Shown: positions 1-7,591 of the stretch, piece after piece
Position numbering within the stretch: the stretch's first letter is position 1
Layout: each line of letters begins with the position of its first letter
DNA from: Candidatus Latescibacterota bacterium
GTDB lineage: Bacteria > Latescibacterota > UBA2968 > UBA8231
DNA: 13,198 nucleotides
Assembly: GCA_965205655.1 (NCBI GenBank)
Contig: CBDBIJ010000150.1
Coordinates: forward strand, 1 to 13,198
Direction of reading: 5' to 3'
Notes under the pieces: generated by a model
The model's database searches: none
Told to the model about the DNA's origin: nothing
The model's input: only the letters and a program-made list of their open reading frames with translations
Program-made: the position numbers and the translations under genes

Positions 1-456
1 GCCAAGATGAGCCCGCCACTGCGCACAGCGACCGACGTCGAAGCCGTGCTCGACGGACTCGCCGACGGCACCATCGACACGCTTGCCACCGATCACGCGC
101 CGCATACCGCAGCTGAAAAGGCCGTGCCATTCGAAGCGGCTCCGATGGGTATCGTCGGGCTGGAAACGGCGGTGGGCCTCACGCTCACCTACCTCGTGCA
201 CGCCGGTATCGTGGATCTTTCGGCGGCAGTCGCCAGGTGGACGAGCGCACCGGCCAGGGCGCTGCGCCTGCCTGGAGGCCGGCTGGACCCGGGGCAGCCG
301 GGAGATGCAACCGTTCTCGATCTCGACCAGCGCTGGAAGGTCGATCCGAGCCAGTTCCGCTCGAAATCGACGAACACGCCGTTCGAGGGCTACGAACTCA
401 CGGGCAGGGCTGCGGCCACGATCGTGGGTGGAAGAGTCATGTTCGGAAGCAGGTAG
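1..456 (+). CDS. pyrC: Dihydroorotase (multifunctional-complex type), C-terminal part; 5' end outside the window
   Basis: The frame is open from base 1 (AKMSPPLR). It contains KMSPPLR, the catalytic ATDHAPH, GIVGLET and the C-terminal SKSTNTPFEG motif typical of type I dihydroorotases. Stop TAG at 454-456. Confidence 0.92.
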   Translation, partial: AKMSPPLRTATDVEAVLDGLADGTIDTLATDHAPHTAAEKAVPFEAAPMGIVGLETAVGLTLTYLVHAGIVDLSAAVARWTSAPARALRLPGGRLDPGQPGDATVLDLDQRWKVDPSQFRSKSTNTPFEGYELTGRAAATIVGGRVMFGSR

Positions 457-458
457 AT

Positions 459-490
459 GGACCTCACAGAGGTCGGACCTCACAGAGGTC
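459..490. repeat. Perfect 16-bp tandem duplication (GGACCTCACAGAGGTC x2); each unit contains the inverted repeat GACCTC-ACA-GAGGTC
   Basis: Read directly: 459-474 and 475-490 are identical. The repeat lies between the convergent ends of pyrC and rnhB-yraN and overlaps the rnhB-yraN stop codon (480-482). Confidence 0.95.
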
Positions 491-1685
491 TTACACCGAA
501 GGCGTTTTCGTAGTGGGTTATTTCGGCCGGCGTCTCGGAGCCCCGGGTGAGGACCACGGCGATGACGTCGAACCGACATTCGAGCAGATGACTCTCGTGG
601 CGCTGCAGGTAATACGCGGCGGCGCGATTCAAGTGGGTCTGCTTGTCGAGGCCGACGCGCGCTTCGGGCCGGTAGCTATTCTTCTTCCCGCTCGTCTTGA
701 CCTCGACGAAGACGACACAGCCGTCGTTCGACCGGGCGATCAGATCAATCTCCGCACCAGCGATTCGAAATCGACGCTCGAGAATACGGTAATCCTTGCG
801 CTCGAGATACTCGGCTGCTGCCGCCTCACCTCTCCTGCCGAGGTCCGCGGGATTGCCGCTGCCGAAAAGGGACAGCGATCCGTCCGCTTCGATTCCCTCC
901 TCAATGGCGACCGGACGAAAGGAACGGCGGTGCAGCGGGCATGGACCGTGCTCGGTGAGCGCCTCCAGGTGCTGCGCGCTGCCGTAGCCTTTGTTGCTCG
1001 CGAAGCCGTACTGCGGGTGTTCGGCGTCGTATTGCAGCATGAGCCGATCGCGATGCACCTTGGCGACGATGGAGGCCGCCGCGATCGACATCGAGCGCTC
1101 ATCGCCGTCTACCAGGGTCGTCTCGGGGTACCGACTCCCCGGTTTACGGCTGCCATCGACGAGGACCTGATCGGGATCGGGAGGCGGCAGACCGGCAAGC
1201 GCCCGTCGCATCGCCTCCATCGTGGCCTCGAGGACGTTGAGCCTGTCGATGTCGGGGGCATCCACGACGCCGATCGCGTACGCCTCGGCGGCGGCGAGGA
1301 CGGCTTTTCCGATCCTCTCGCGTAGCTCGCGGTCGAGCTTCTTCGAGTCGTCCAGTCCCTCGATTGCCGCGTCGTGCGGCAACACGACCGCGGCAGCTAC
1401 GACCGGGCCCGCCAGGCATCCCCTACCGACTTCATCAACGCCGGCGACCCGAGCCCAACCAGCCTCCCACAGTCGGCGCTCGTGCTCGCGCAGCCGACCC
1501 AGTCGCGCCGTCTCCGACTCACGATCGCGCAACCTCCGCCTTTCGCGCACTGCCAGGCGGCGGACGCCGGCACGGCGGTCTCGCGCCAGCAGCGCGCAGA
1601 GCCTCGCCTCAGTCGGGAACTCGCCACAGGCCAGCAGCGTTTCGATCTGGGGGATCGTCATCTTTACGAGCTGGGTCTTTGTCAT
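480..1685 (-). CDS. rnhB: Ribonuclease HII fused to a C-terminal YraN (UPF0102) PD-(D/E)xK nuclease-like domain
   Basis: RNase HII motifs GVDEVGRG, GPVVAAAV, DDSKKL, LVDG, DGD..SMSIAAASIVAKVHRD, YGFASNKGY and HRRSF, plus a Bacillus-like N-terminal extension. The last ~125 aa show the YraN pattern LGRRGE..A..YL, EIDLIA, FVEVK and CRFDVIAV. One uninterrupted ORF. Confidence 0.92.
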   Translation of the reverse strand: MTKTQLVKMTIPQIETLLACGEFPTEARLCALLARDRRAGVRRLAVRERRRLRDRESETARLGRLREHERRLWEAGWARVAGVDEVGRGCLAGPVVAAAVVLPHDAAIEGLDDSKKLDRELRERIGKAVLAAAEAYAIGVVDAPDIDRLNVLEATMEAMRRALAGLPPPDPDQVLVDGSRKPGSRYPETTLVDGDERSMSIAAASIVAKVHRDRLMLQYDAEHPQYGFASNKGYGSAQHLEALTEHGPCPLHRRSFRPVAIEEGIEADGSLSLFGSGNPADLGRRGEAAAAEYLERKDYRILERRFRIAGAEIDLIARSNDGCVVFVEVKTSGKKNSYRPEARVGLDKQTHLNRAAAYYLQRHESHLLECRFDVIAVVLTRGSETPAEITHYENAFGVRPL

Positions 1686-1711
1686 GAGGTGCAGGTGGTG
1701 CCCTCCGAGTC

Positions 1712-1740
1712 TTGTTGCGGCTCGACTGGCCCGTTATATT
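1712..1740 (+). promoter_or_regulatory. Putative sigma70-type promoter for the + strand gene at 1782
   Basis: TTGTTG (1712-1717), a 17-bp spacer, then TATATT (1735-1740), in an AT-rich patch of the divergent intergenic region. An alternative -10, TACAAT, is at 1750-1755. Confidence 0.4.
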
Positions 1741-1781
1741 GCTAGTAGATACAATCAGTTACCGAACTCGTGGAGGTTGGC

Positions 1782-2393
1782 ATGAGACCTGTCGTTGCGG
1801 CCTTGGTAGCCATTGTCATCGTCTTCCAGCCCTGTATCGCCATCGCCGAGGGCGTCGCGGGATCGCCGGATTCCGATACGAGGCTCTATCTGTCGGATGG
1901 CACCGTGCTCATGGGGAATCTGGTTGAGGAAAGCGATGAAGTGATCATCATCAGGGACGGACAGAAGATCTTTACCTTTGAGCCTCGTCAGGTCGTCAAG
2001 AAAGAAACCCTCTACACACCTGGTGTCGCGACCAGGACCGTCACCGTCCGAGAGTTTCCGTACATCAGCTTCCTGGGAGCAGCGGCCGCATTCGGGCTCC
2101 TGTCGTGGTTGCAGTTCGATACCGCCACGTCGCGCGATGAGGATGCCAGGCGTCACGAGCAGCAGGGCGCGATCGGCGAGGGAGGCCTCAACCTGAGCGC
2201 TCGCGCCCAGGATCTCCGCGACAAGGCCGACAGGGCTCGGCTCTGGGGCTGGTCGTCCGCGCTGCTCGCCGCCGGGAGCCTTGGGATTGCCGTGATGCCC
2301 ACAAAGAAAGAGCGCCGGATCTTTCACCAGCTCACCATGCAAACCGACCACGACGCTCAGCTCGTCATGCTTTTCTACACGCGGCAGTTCTGA
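1782..2393 (+). CDS. Hypothetical exported or membrane protein
   Basis: GGAGG RBS at 1772-1776 before ATG 1782, so this start is preferred over the track's 1770. Signal-peptide-like N-terminus (MRPVVAALVAIVIVFQPCIAIA). A small beta-rich segment (LYLSDGTVLMGNLVEESDEVIII) is followed by two hydrophobic stretches. No family recognised. Confidence 0.7.
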   Translation: MRPVVAALVAIVIVFQPCIAIAEGVAGSPDSDTRLYLSDGTVLMGNLVEESDEVIIIRDGQKIFTFEPRQVVKKETLYTPGVATRTVTVREFPYISFLGAAAAFGLLSWLQFDTATSRDEDARRHEQQGAIGEGGLNLSARAQDLRDKADRARLWGWSSALLAAGSLGIAVMPTKKERRIFHQLTMQTDHDAQLVMLFYTRQF

Positions 2394-2411
2394 ACGGCAT
2401 CGTTTGATTCG

Positions 2412-3980
2412 CTAGCTTTTGCGCGCTTTTCGCAGCAGCCTGATCTCCTCGTTCATCGCCTCGATCTTCATGTTCTGCAGCCTGACGACGTCGGCGTAGA
2501 TGACGGCTCGTTCGTCCTGCATATCGAGCGCTTCGCGCAACGCCTCCACGTGGTCGAGCATGCGGTTGAGCTGGCCCTCCTCGCCGCCCGTCCCTTCCTG
2601 AGCTGGCGCGAACAGCTCCGAGCTCTGACGCAGCTCCCGCCATTTGTCGTCGATCTGTCGATCCAGTTCCTCTTCTTCTTCAGAAGTTGCCCGTCCGTGA
2701 CCAGCCGCCTGTGATTCCTCCTGAATCACTTTCGAGAACTTGCTCGATCCTTCGCGCTCCTTCTTTCCGCCCGAGCCCGCCGAACCGCCTCGTCCCATGC
2801 GCACGCCAATCCAGATAGCAGCGACGAGAATCAGAGCCAGGGCGCCGGACCCAAGGGCGAACAGATGGAGTCTCCCAGCACCGGTTTCCGGCTCCACAGA
2901 CTCGGGCTCATCCGCTTCCTCCATCTGCGACGTCGGACTCGGATCGCCATCGTCATCGCCGCCCTGCTCAGCGGCTGGTGCGGCGGCGACGGGCCTCTCG
3001 GCCGCGGCTTGCTCCGCGGCCCCGCCCGCCCGCTCCAGCTCTGTCCGTGTCGCCTCGTCTTCACTCTGTGCGGACGTGACCTGTTGACCGGTGAACATTG
3101 ACTCGTACTTGGCAGCGCTGTCCGGGATGCCTTTGCGGCGGTAGACCTCGCTGAGAGTCAGGTAAAGATCCTTGCGGCCGCCGGTGAGTTCAATCGCGCG
3201 ATACAACAACTCGGCGGCCGCCACGAGCTCCCCGAGATGCGTTTGAGACTGGGCCGCGTGAAACAAAGCGTTCACGTTGTCGGGTTCCTCGACGAGCACT
3301 TCCTCGAACTGCGCCAACGCCGCGGCGTAGTCGCCGCTGGCCTCTTGCTGAAGGCCCTCGGCGTAGGGATTGCGCCGCAGAGCGAATGGCACCTCGTCGA
3401 CCCCGTACTGGGACTCGATCTCGACCGCCTCCCCCGGAGGCGCCTCCTCGGGACGGCCGGCGATATCGTCCGCTGGAGCTTCCCGCCGCCCTTCGAGATC
3501 CTCGGATAGATCTCTTTTGGCCGGCATGACGGCGCGGATGTCCTCGTCCGTCTTGGGACGCGTGAAGCGCTTGTGAATCCAGCCAGAACGGCCGTCCGAG
3601 ACGGTGACGCTCAACCAGTCGCCGCGCTTTTCGACCACGCCCAATTCCTGTCCCCTGAACACCATGGTCACCGCATCCTCCCTGGTCGACGGTGCTGACC
3701 GAACCCGCACCCCCTCGCCCTCGACGATGAGTCTTGGCTGAACGAGAGCTGAGTGAACCCAACCGATACGGCCGTCAGTGAGTCGAATCTGGATCCACCC
3801 CGCATGACGCCTCAGTTCGGTTACCTGGTCTCCCCGATACAGAACCCCGACACGCCGCGACTGCGTCGTGGCGTCCTCTCGAATGTTGACCTGCTGGCGA
3901 TCGATTGCCAGGACCGGCTCGGCTATCGAGCTCTGCGGCCAGATGAAGAGGAAGAAGAGAAGGAGCGCCGGGACTCTCAC
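2412..3980 (-). CDS. Membrane-anchored protein: signal peptide, 2x bacterial SH3 domains, TPR region, TM helix and C-terminal coiled coil
   Basis: The likely start is GTG 3980, just after the aroQ stop; the track's 4064 start overlaps aroQ. Hydrophobic leader (ALLLFFLFIWPQSSIA). Two SH3b-like repeats (VNIRE...GWIQIRLTDGRIGWVH and VRVRSAP...DWLSVTVSDGRSGWIH). TPR-like helices (GDYAAALAQFEEVLVEEPDNVNALFH). TM segment LFALGSGALALILVAAIWIGV and a charged helical tail. Confidence 0.8.
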   Translation of the reverse strand: MRVPALLLFFLFIWPQSSIAEPVLAIDRQQVNIREDATTQSRRVGVLYRGDQVTELRRHAGWIQIRLTDGRIGWVHSALVQPRLIVEGEGVRVRSAPSTREDAVTMVFRGQELGVVEKRGDWLSVTVSDGRSGWIHKRFTRPKTDEDIRAVMPAKRDLSEDLEGRREAPADDIAGRPEEAPPGEAVEIESQYGVDEVPFALRRNPYAEGLQQEASGDYAAALAQFEEVLVEEPDNVNALFHAAQSQTHLGELVAAAELLYRAIELTGGRKDLYLTLSEVYRRKGIPDSAAKYESMFTGQQVTSAQSEDEATRTELERAGGAAEQAAAERPVAAAPAAEQGGDDDGDPSPTSQMEEADEPESVEPETGAGRLHLFALGSGALALILVAAIWIGVRMGRGGSAGSGGKKEREGSSKFSKVIQEESQAAGHGRATSEEEEELDRQIDDKWRELRQSSELFAPAQEGTGGEEGQLNRMLDHVEALREALDMQDERAVIYADVVRLQNMKIEAMNEEIRLLRKARKS

Positions 3981-3981
3981 T

Positions 3982-4437
3982 TCAGGACCTTTCAGTCGTA
4001 GTCTGCAGATGGTGTATGAGAGCTCGCAGGCCCGCCGAGTAGCTGAAGCTTCCGAACCCCGCAATCTGTCCGATGCAGACCGCAGCGATAACGGACTGCT
4101 GCCGAAAGGATTCCCGGCTATGAATGTTGGACAGGTGAACTTCCACTGCAGGTAGGGCGACGCCGGCCACAGCGTCTCTGAGGGCGATGCTGTAGTGGGT
4201 CAATCCCCCGGGGTTCAGTACGAGGCCGTCGGCCCAGCCGGCTGCGTCCTGGACGGCGTCTATCAGGGCGCCTTCGCAATTCGATTGGAGAATCTTCACC
4301 TCGGCATCGATCTGCTGCGCCGTGGCTGTTAGATCGCTGTTGATTCCATCGAGTGTATCCTTGCCGTACACCTTCGGCGCTCGAGTTCCGAGCAGGTTCA
4401 GGTTGGGGCCATGCAGAACCAGAATCTTGTAACCCAC
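3982..4437 (-). CDS. aroQ: Type II 3-dehydroquinate dehydratase
   Basis: Motifs [38 protein letters not shown] and [15 protein letters not shown]. An AGGAGG RBS lies upstream of the GTG start. Confidence 0.97.
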   Translation of the reverse strand: MGYKILVLHGPNLNLLGTRAPKVYGKDTLDGINSDLTATAQQIDAEVKILQSNCEGALIDAVQDAAGWADGLVLNPGGLTHYSIALRDAVAGVALPAVEVHLSNIHSRESFRQQSVIAAVCIGQIAGFGSFSYSAGLRALIHHLQTTTERS

Positions 4438-4466
4438 CTCATCCTCCTGTCGGCCATCCTAACTGT

Positions 4467-5243
4467 TTAATCACTGTTGGCGAAAAGGGCGCCGACTCCC
4501 CGAGAGGCGATCTCCGCCTCGCGCAGCACCATGGCCGCCAGAACGACAGCTGCCGTGTCCGTCCGCAGAGTGCGGTTCCCCCAACTGAACGCTTCGGCGC
4601 CCGCAGCCTCTGCCTGCTCTAGCTCGTGCGAGGTGAACCCGCCTTCAGGGCCGACCATCAGTCCCACCCTGAGGCAATCACTTGCCGAAGAGCGATCGAC
4701 GCGAGCCAGGTGGACCTGTTCGCCGGAGGAGGGGATAGCGACAAACACCCGGTGGCACTGTCTCACGTAACTCTGAAGTACATCCTTGAAGCGACTGGGC
4801 GCGTCGATTCTTGGCACCACAGATCGACCGCACTGCTTGGTCGCCGCTAGCGCCAATCGCCGCCAGCGATCGATCTTGCTCGTCGAACCCGCCTGCGCCA
4901 CAGCTCTCTGGGTCAAGATGGGAGTTATGGCCGCCGCGCCGATCTCCGTCGCCTTCTCGACAAGGAAGTCGAACCGATTCTGCCCCTTGATGAGAGCTGG
5001 CGCGAGCCACAACTCCGCTGCGCTCTCGCCTTTGTTCGGACACCGGGCCACGATCGTGCACCTCACCATGTCCTCTCCGGCGAGCGATTCCACCCGCGCC
5101 TGATAGAAGGCACCGGCGCCGTCGACGACGTCGATCACATCGCCTGGCTCGTGGCGCCGCACCCGGAGATGATGAGCTTCCTCGCCACCGATCAACAGCG
5201 CGTCGCCGCGAACGTTTTCACTCTTCACGAAGAATGACGGCAC
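4467..5243 (-). CDS. rsmE: 16S rRNA m3U1498 methyltransferase RsmE (SPOUT family)
   Basis: EAHHLRVRR, EKATEIG, A.KQCGR and VGPEGGF...GNRTLRTDTA match RsmE. It follows prmA, as in the conserved dnaJ-prmA-rsmE order. Confidence 0.93.
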   Translation of the reverse strand: MPSFFVKSENVRGDALLIGGEEAHHLRVRRHEPGDVIDVVDGAGAFYQARVESLAGEDMVRCTIVARCPNKGESAAELWLAPALIKGQNRFDFLVEKATEIGAAAITPILTQRAVAQAGSTSKIDRWRRLALAATKQCGRSVVPRIDAPSRFKDVLQSYVRQCHRVFVAIPSSGEQVHLARVDRSSASDCLRVGLMVGPEGGFTSHELEQAEAAGAEAFSWGNRTLRTDTAAVVLAAMVLREAEIASRGVGALFANSD

Positions 5244-6205
5244 TCAAGCCTCTCCCGGTGTGGGCGTCGGCGCCGACCCGCCCTCTCGGACCGGGCAACA
5301 CAGCACAGCCAGTTGTTCAACCGGTGGAGCCTGCGGGTGACGAACCCGTCCTTGCCAATCATCCGCGCGAAACTCTCCTGTTCGCCAGCGAGAAGGCCGG
5401 AGAACACGACCGTGCCTGAATCGTCGATCACGTCCCTGATCGGAGCCAGCATCGGCTGCAGAATGTGACTCTCGAGATTGGCCAGGATGATGTCGAAGCG
5501 CTCGCCAGCGACGGCCTCCATGCTCCCCGGCAGGATCCTCACGTCGCCGTGAGACGGCGCTCCCGTGACGTCTCGCGCCAGATTGAGCTTCACGTTATAG
5601 CGCGCATTCTCTACAGCGCGAGGATCGATATCGACCCCCGTCACCGACTGCGCCCCCATCAGAATCGCCGCTATTGCCAGAATCCCACTGCCGGAACCCA
5701 GATCGAGACAGCGCCGGCCCACAACGTCGACCTCGATCAGCGCTCTGAGGCACAGCTGGGTTGACTCGTGACCGCCGGTGCCGAAGGCCATGCCCGGCTC
5801 GACGGCAATGGCAATCTCGCCGCCTGTGGTTTCGACCGGAATCCAGGGTGGGTGTACGACGAAGCGCCCCGCCACCCGAAGTGGTCGGTAGTGCGTCCGC
5901 CACTCATGGTTCCAGTCCCGCTCTGCCTCCTCGCTCCAGTCGAGCTCACACGCGGAAAACCCTCCCGCGCGCAAATAGGAATCGATCTGGCCAGCGAGAG
6001 CCGCGACGTCCAGACCCCCTCCGAAATATGCCGAGATCCGGCACACTCCATCGTCGTCCTCGCTCTGGAGCCCGCAACTGCCCAGCTCGAAGCAGCGGAC
6101 GCAGAATTCTTCGGATGCCTCCCTCGGGAGGACGACATCGAGACGATGCCAGCGCACATCACTCGCGCGACCTGGCTTGCTGAGATGCGTTGCCGCAGGC
6201 GTCAC
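5225..6205 (-). CDS. prmA: Ribosomal protein L11 methyltransferase
   Basis: DWNHEWR, EPGMAFGTGGHEST, the SAM motif LDLGSGSGILAI, DIDPRAV and FDIILANL. The GTG start overlaps the upstream stop codon (GTGA, 6202-6205). Confidence 0.93.
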   Translation of the reverse strand: MTPAATHLSKPGRASDVRWHRLDVVLPREASEEFCVRCFELGSCGLQSEDDDGVCRISAYFGGGLDVAALAGQIDSYLRAGGFSACELDWSEEAERDWNHEWRTHYRPLRVAGRFVVHPPWIPVETTGGEIAIAVEPGMAFGTGGHESTQLCLRALIEVDVVGRRCLDLGSGSGILAIAAILMGAQSVTGVDIDPRAVENARYNVKLNLARDVTGAPSHGDVRILPGSMEAVAGERFDIILANLESHILQPMLAPIRDVIDDSGTVVFSGLLAGEQESFARMIGKDGFVTRRLHRLNNWLCCVARSERAGRRRRPHRERLECRHSS

Positions 6206-6645
6206 GATGGGCTCGGCGAGGGCCTTCCACTCCGGATCTTGCTCTGCAGCAGAATGATCCCGTCGATGAGATCCTCAGGCTCGGGAGGACAGCCGGGCAC
6301 ATACACGTCAACGGGAATCAGCGTGTCCAGGCCCTGGGTCACCGGATAGGTGCTGAACATGCCGCCCGTGGCGGCACAGGAGCCAAAGGCCATGACCCAT
6401 TTCGGGGCGGGAATCTCCTCGTACGTCCGCTGGAGCACAGGTGCCATCTTTGTTGAAATGCGGCCCGCCACCACGAGCAGATCCGCCTGGCGCGGCGAAT
6501 CTGTCACCGGTCGCACGCCGAAACGGCTCAGGTCGTAGGTCGGTCCGAACGCCGCCCTCAACTCGGCCGCGCAGCAGGATGTCCCGAAAGGCAGTACCCA
6601 CAGGGAATTCGCCCTGGCCCAGTTGAGGAGCCCTGAAGCAACCAC
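6202..6645 (-). CDS. nuoB: NADH-quinone oxidoreductase subunit B-like Fe-S protein (NuoB/PSST family), stand-alone
   Basis: NWARANSLW, the tandem-Cys motif GTSCCAAE, YDLSRFG, SPRQADL, KMAP, PKWV..GSCA..GGMF and VDVYVPGCPP. All four N2-cluster cysteines are present. The family is clear; function inside complex I is not established. Confidence 0.88.
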   Translation of the reverse strand: MVASGLLNWARANSLWVLPFGTSCCAAELRAAFGPTYDLSRFGVRPVTDSPRQADLLVVAGRISTKMAPVLQRTYEEIPAPKWVMAFGSCAATGGMFSTYPVTQGLDTLIPVDVYVPGCPPEPEDLIDGIILLQSKIRSGRPSPSPS

Positions 6646-6646
6646 C

Positions 6647-7456
6647 CTATTCCTCCGTCAGCCGTTCGAGGGCTGCGCTCACCTTGGACGCGATTTCTGC
6701 GAAGAGCAGGGCTTGGGCGCTGTGCGGAGCCTGCACCACGATGGGAGTGCCCTCATCACCTCCCTGCCGGGTATCGCCGTCCAGCGGCAACTCGCCGAGC
6801 AGCTCGATCCCGAGGGCGGAGGCCACAGAGCGGCCGCCGCCGCTCCCGAAAATGTCGTGGTGCTCACCGCAGCCGGGGCAAACGTAGTGGCTCATGTTCT
6901 CGATCAGACCGAGCAGCTCGACTTCGACCTTGTCGAACATGGCCGCTCCGCGCCTGACGTCTTCGAGGGCGACGTCCTGGGGTGTGGTGACGATTATGGC
7001 GCCGGAGAGGGCGATGACCTGACTCAAGGTCAAAGGTATGTCGCCGGTACCCGGAGGCATGTCGATGAGGAGAACGTCCTGGTCTCCCCACTCTACCTGC
7101 CTGAGAAACTGCTGGACCGCCTGCGCCAGCAGCGGGCCGCGCCAGACCACAGGGGTCGCCTCGTCCGCCAGGAACCCCATCGACATCATGCTGACGCCAA
7201 ACTTCTCAATCGGCACGAGACGGTCCTGGTCCGTCAACTGCGGCTGACTGCGGATTCCTGCCATCAACTGCAGACTCGGACCGTAAATATCGGCATCCAG
7301 CATCCCCACGCGAACACCGCCAGCGGCCAAACTCAACGCCAGATTCATACAGACTGTCGACTTCCCCACACCTCCCTTCGCACTCGCCACCGCCACCGCA
7401 TTGCGCACCCCCGGAATAATACTCGATTCCTCGGGAATTGTTCTAGGAAGCTCCAT
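6647..7456 (-). CDS. mrp: Mrp/ApbC/NBP35-family Fe-S cluster carrier ATPase, short form without an N-terminal DUF59 domain
   Basis: Deviant Walker A ASAKGGVGKST, DADIYGPS, VVWRGP, DMPPGTGD, VTTPQDVA and ENMS..CPGC (the cluster-binding CxxC). Confidence 0.94.
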   Translation of the reverse strand: MELPRTIPEESSIIPGVRNAVAVASAKGGVGKSTVCMNLALSLAAGGVRVGMLDADIYGPSLQLMAGIRSQPQLTDQDRLVPIEKFGVSMMSMGFLADEATPVVWRGPLLAQAVQQFLRQVEWGDQDVLLIDMPPGTGDIPLTLSQVIALSGAIIVTTPQDVALEDVRRGAAMFDKVEVELLGLIENMSHYVCPGCGEHHDIFGSGGGRSVASALGIELLGELPLDGDTRQGGDEGTPIVVQAPHSAQALLFAEIASKVSAALERLTEE

Positions 7457-7565
7457 AGGTCGACTCAGTTGATAGCCGGTGCAACTCTCCGAGAGTTTCG
7501 GCCCCTGGCGGAATTATTTACAAGCAGGTGTATGACCCGAGAGTCTTGGCCAGAGGCCAAAACTC

Positions 7566-7591
7566 AAAAAAATCTCGCACGGCGAGATTTT
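7566..7591 (-). terminator. Rho-independent terminator immediately after dnaJ
   Basis: The minus strand reads AAAATCTCGC-CGT-GCGAGA-TTTTTTT, a perfect stem followed by seven Ts, beginning at the dnaJ stop codon. Confidence 0.75.

Noticed and set aside
459..490. Tandem palindromic repeat as a CRISPR remnant or IS target-site duplication
   Set aside because: Only two 16-bp units with no spacer, and no cas or transposase gene in the window.
237..1325. 362-aa + strand ORF overlapping pyrC and rnhB-yraN
   Set aside because: It overlaps two well-supported genes and has no recognisable domain.
3981..4064. Track start at 4064 for the SH3-TPR protein
   Set aside because: It overlaps aroQ by 83 bp and buries the signal peptide. 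GTG 3980, directly after the aroQ stop, fits better.
5225..5290. Arg-rich PrmA tail overlapping rsmE by 19 bp, as a possible further frameshift
   Set aside because: The methyltransferase domain is complete before the tail and short overlaps are common. No specific indel site can be identified.
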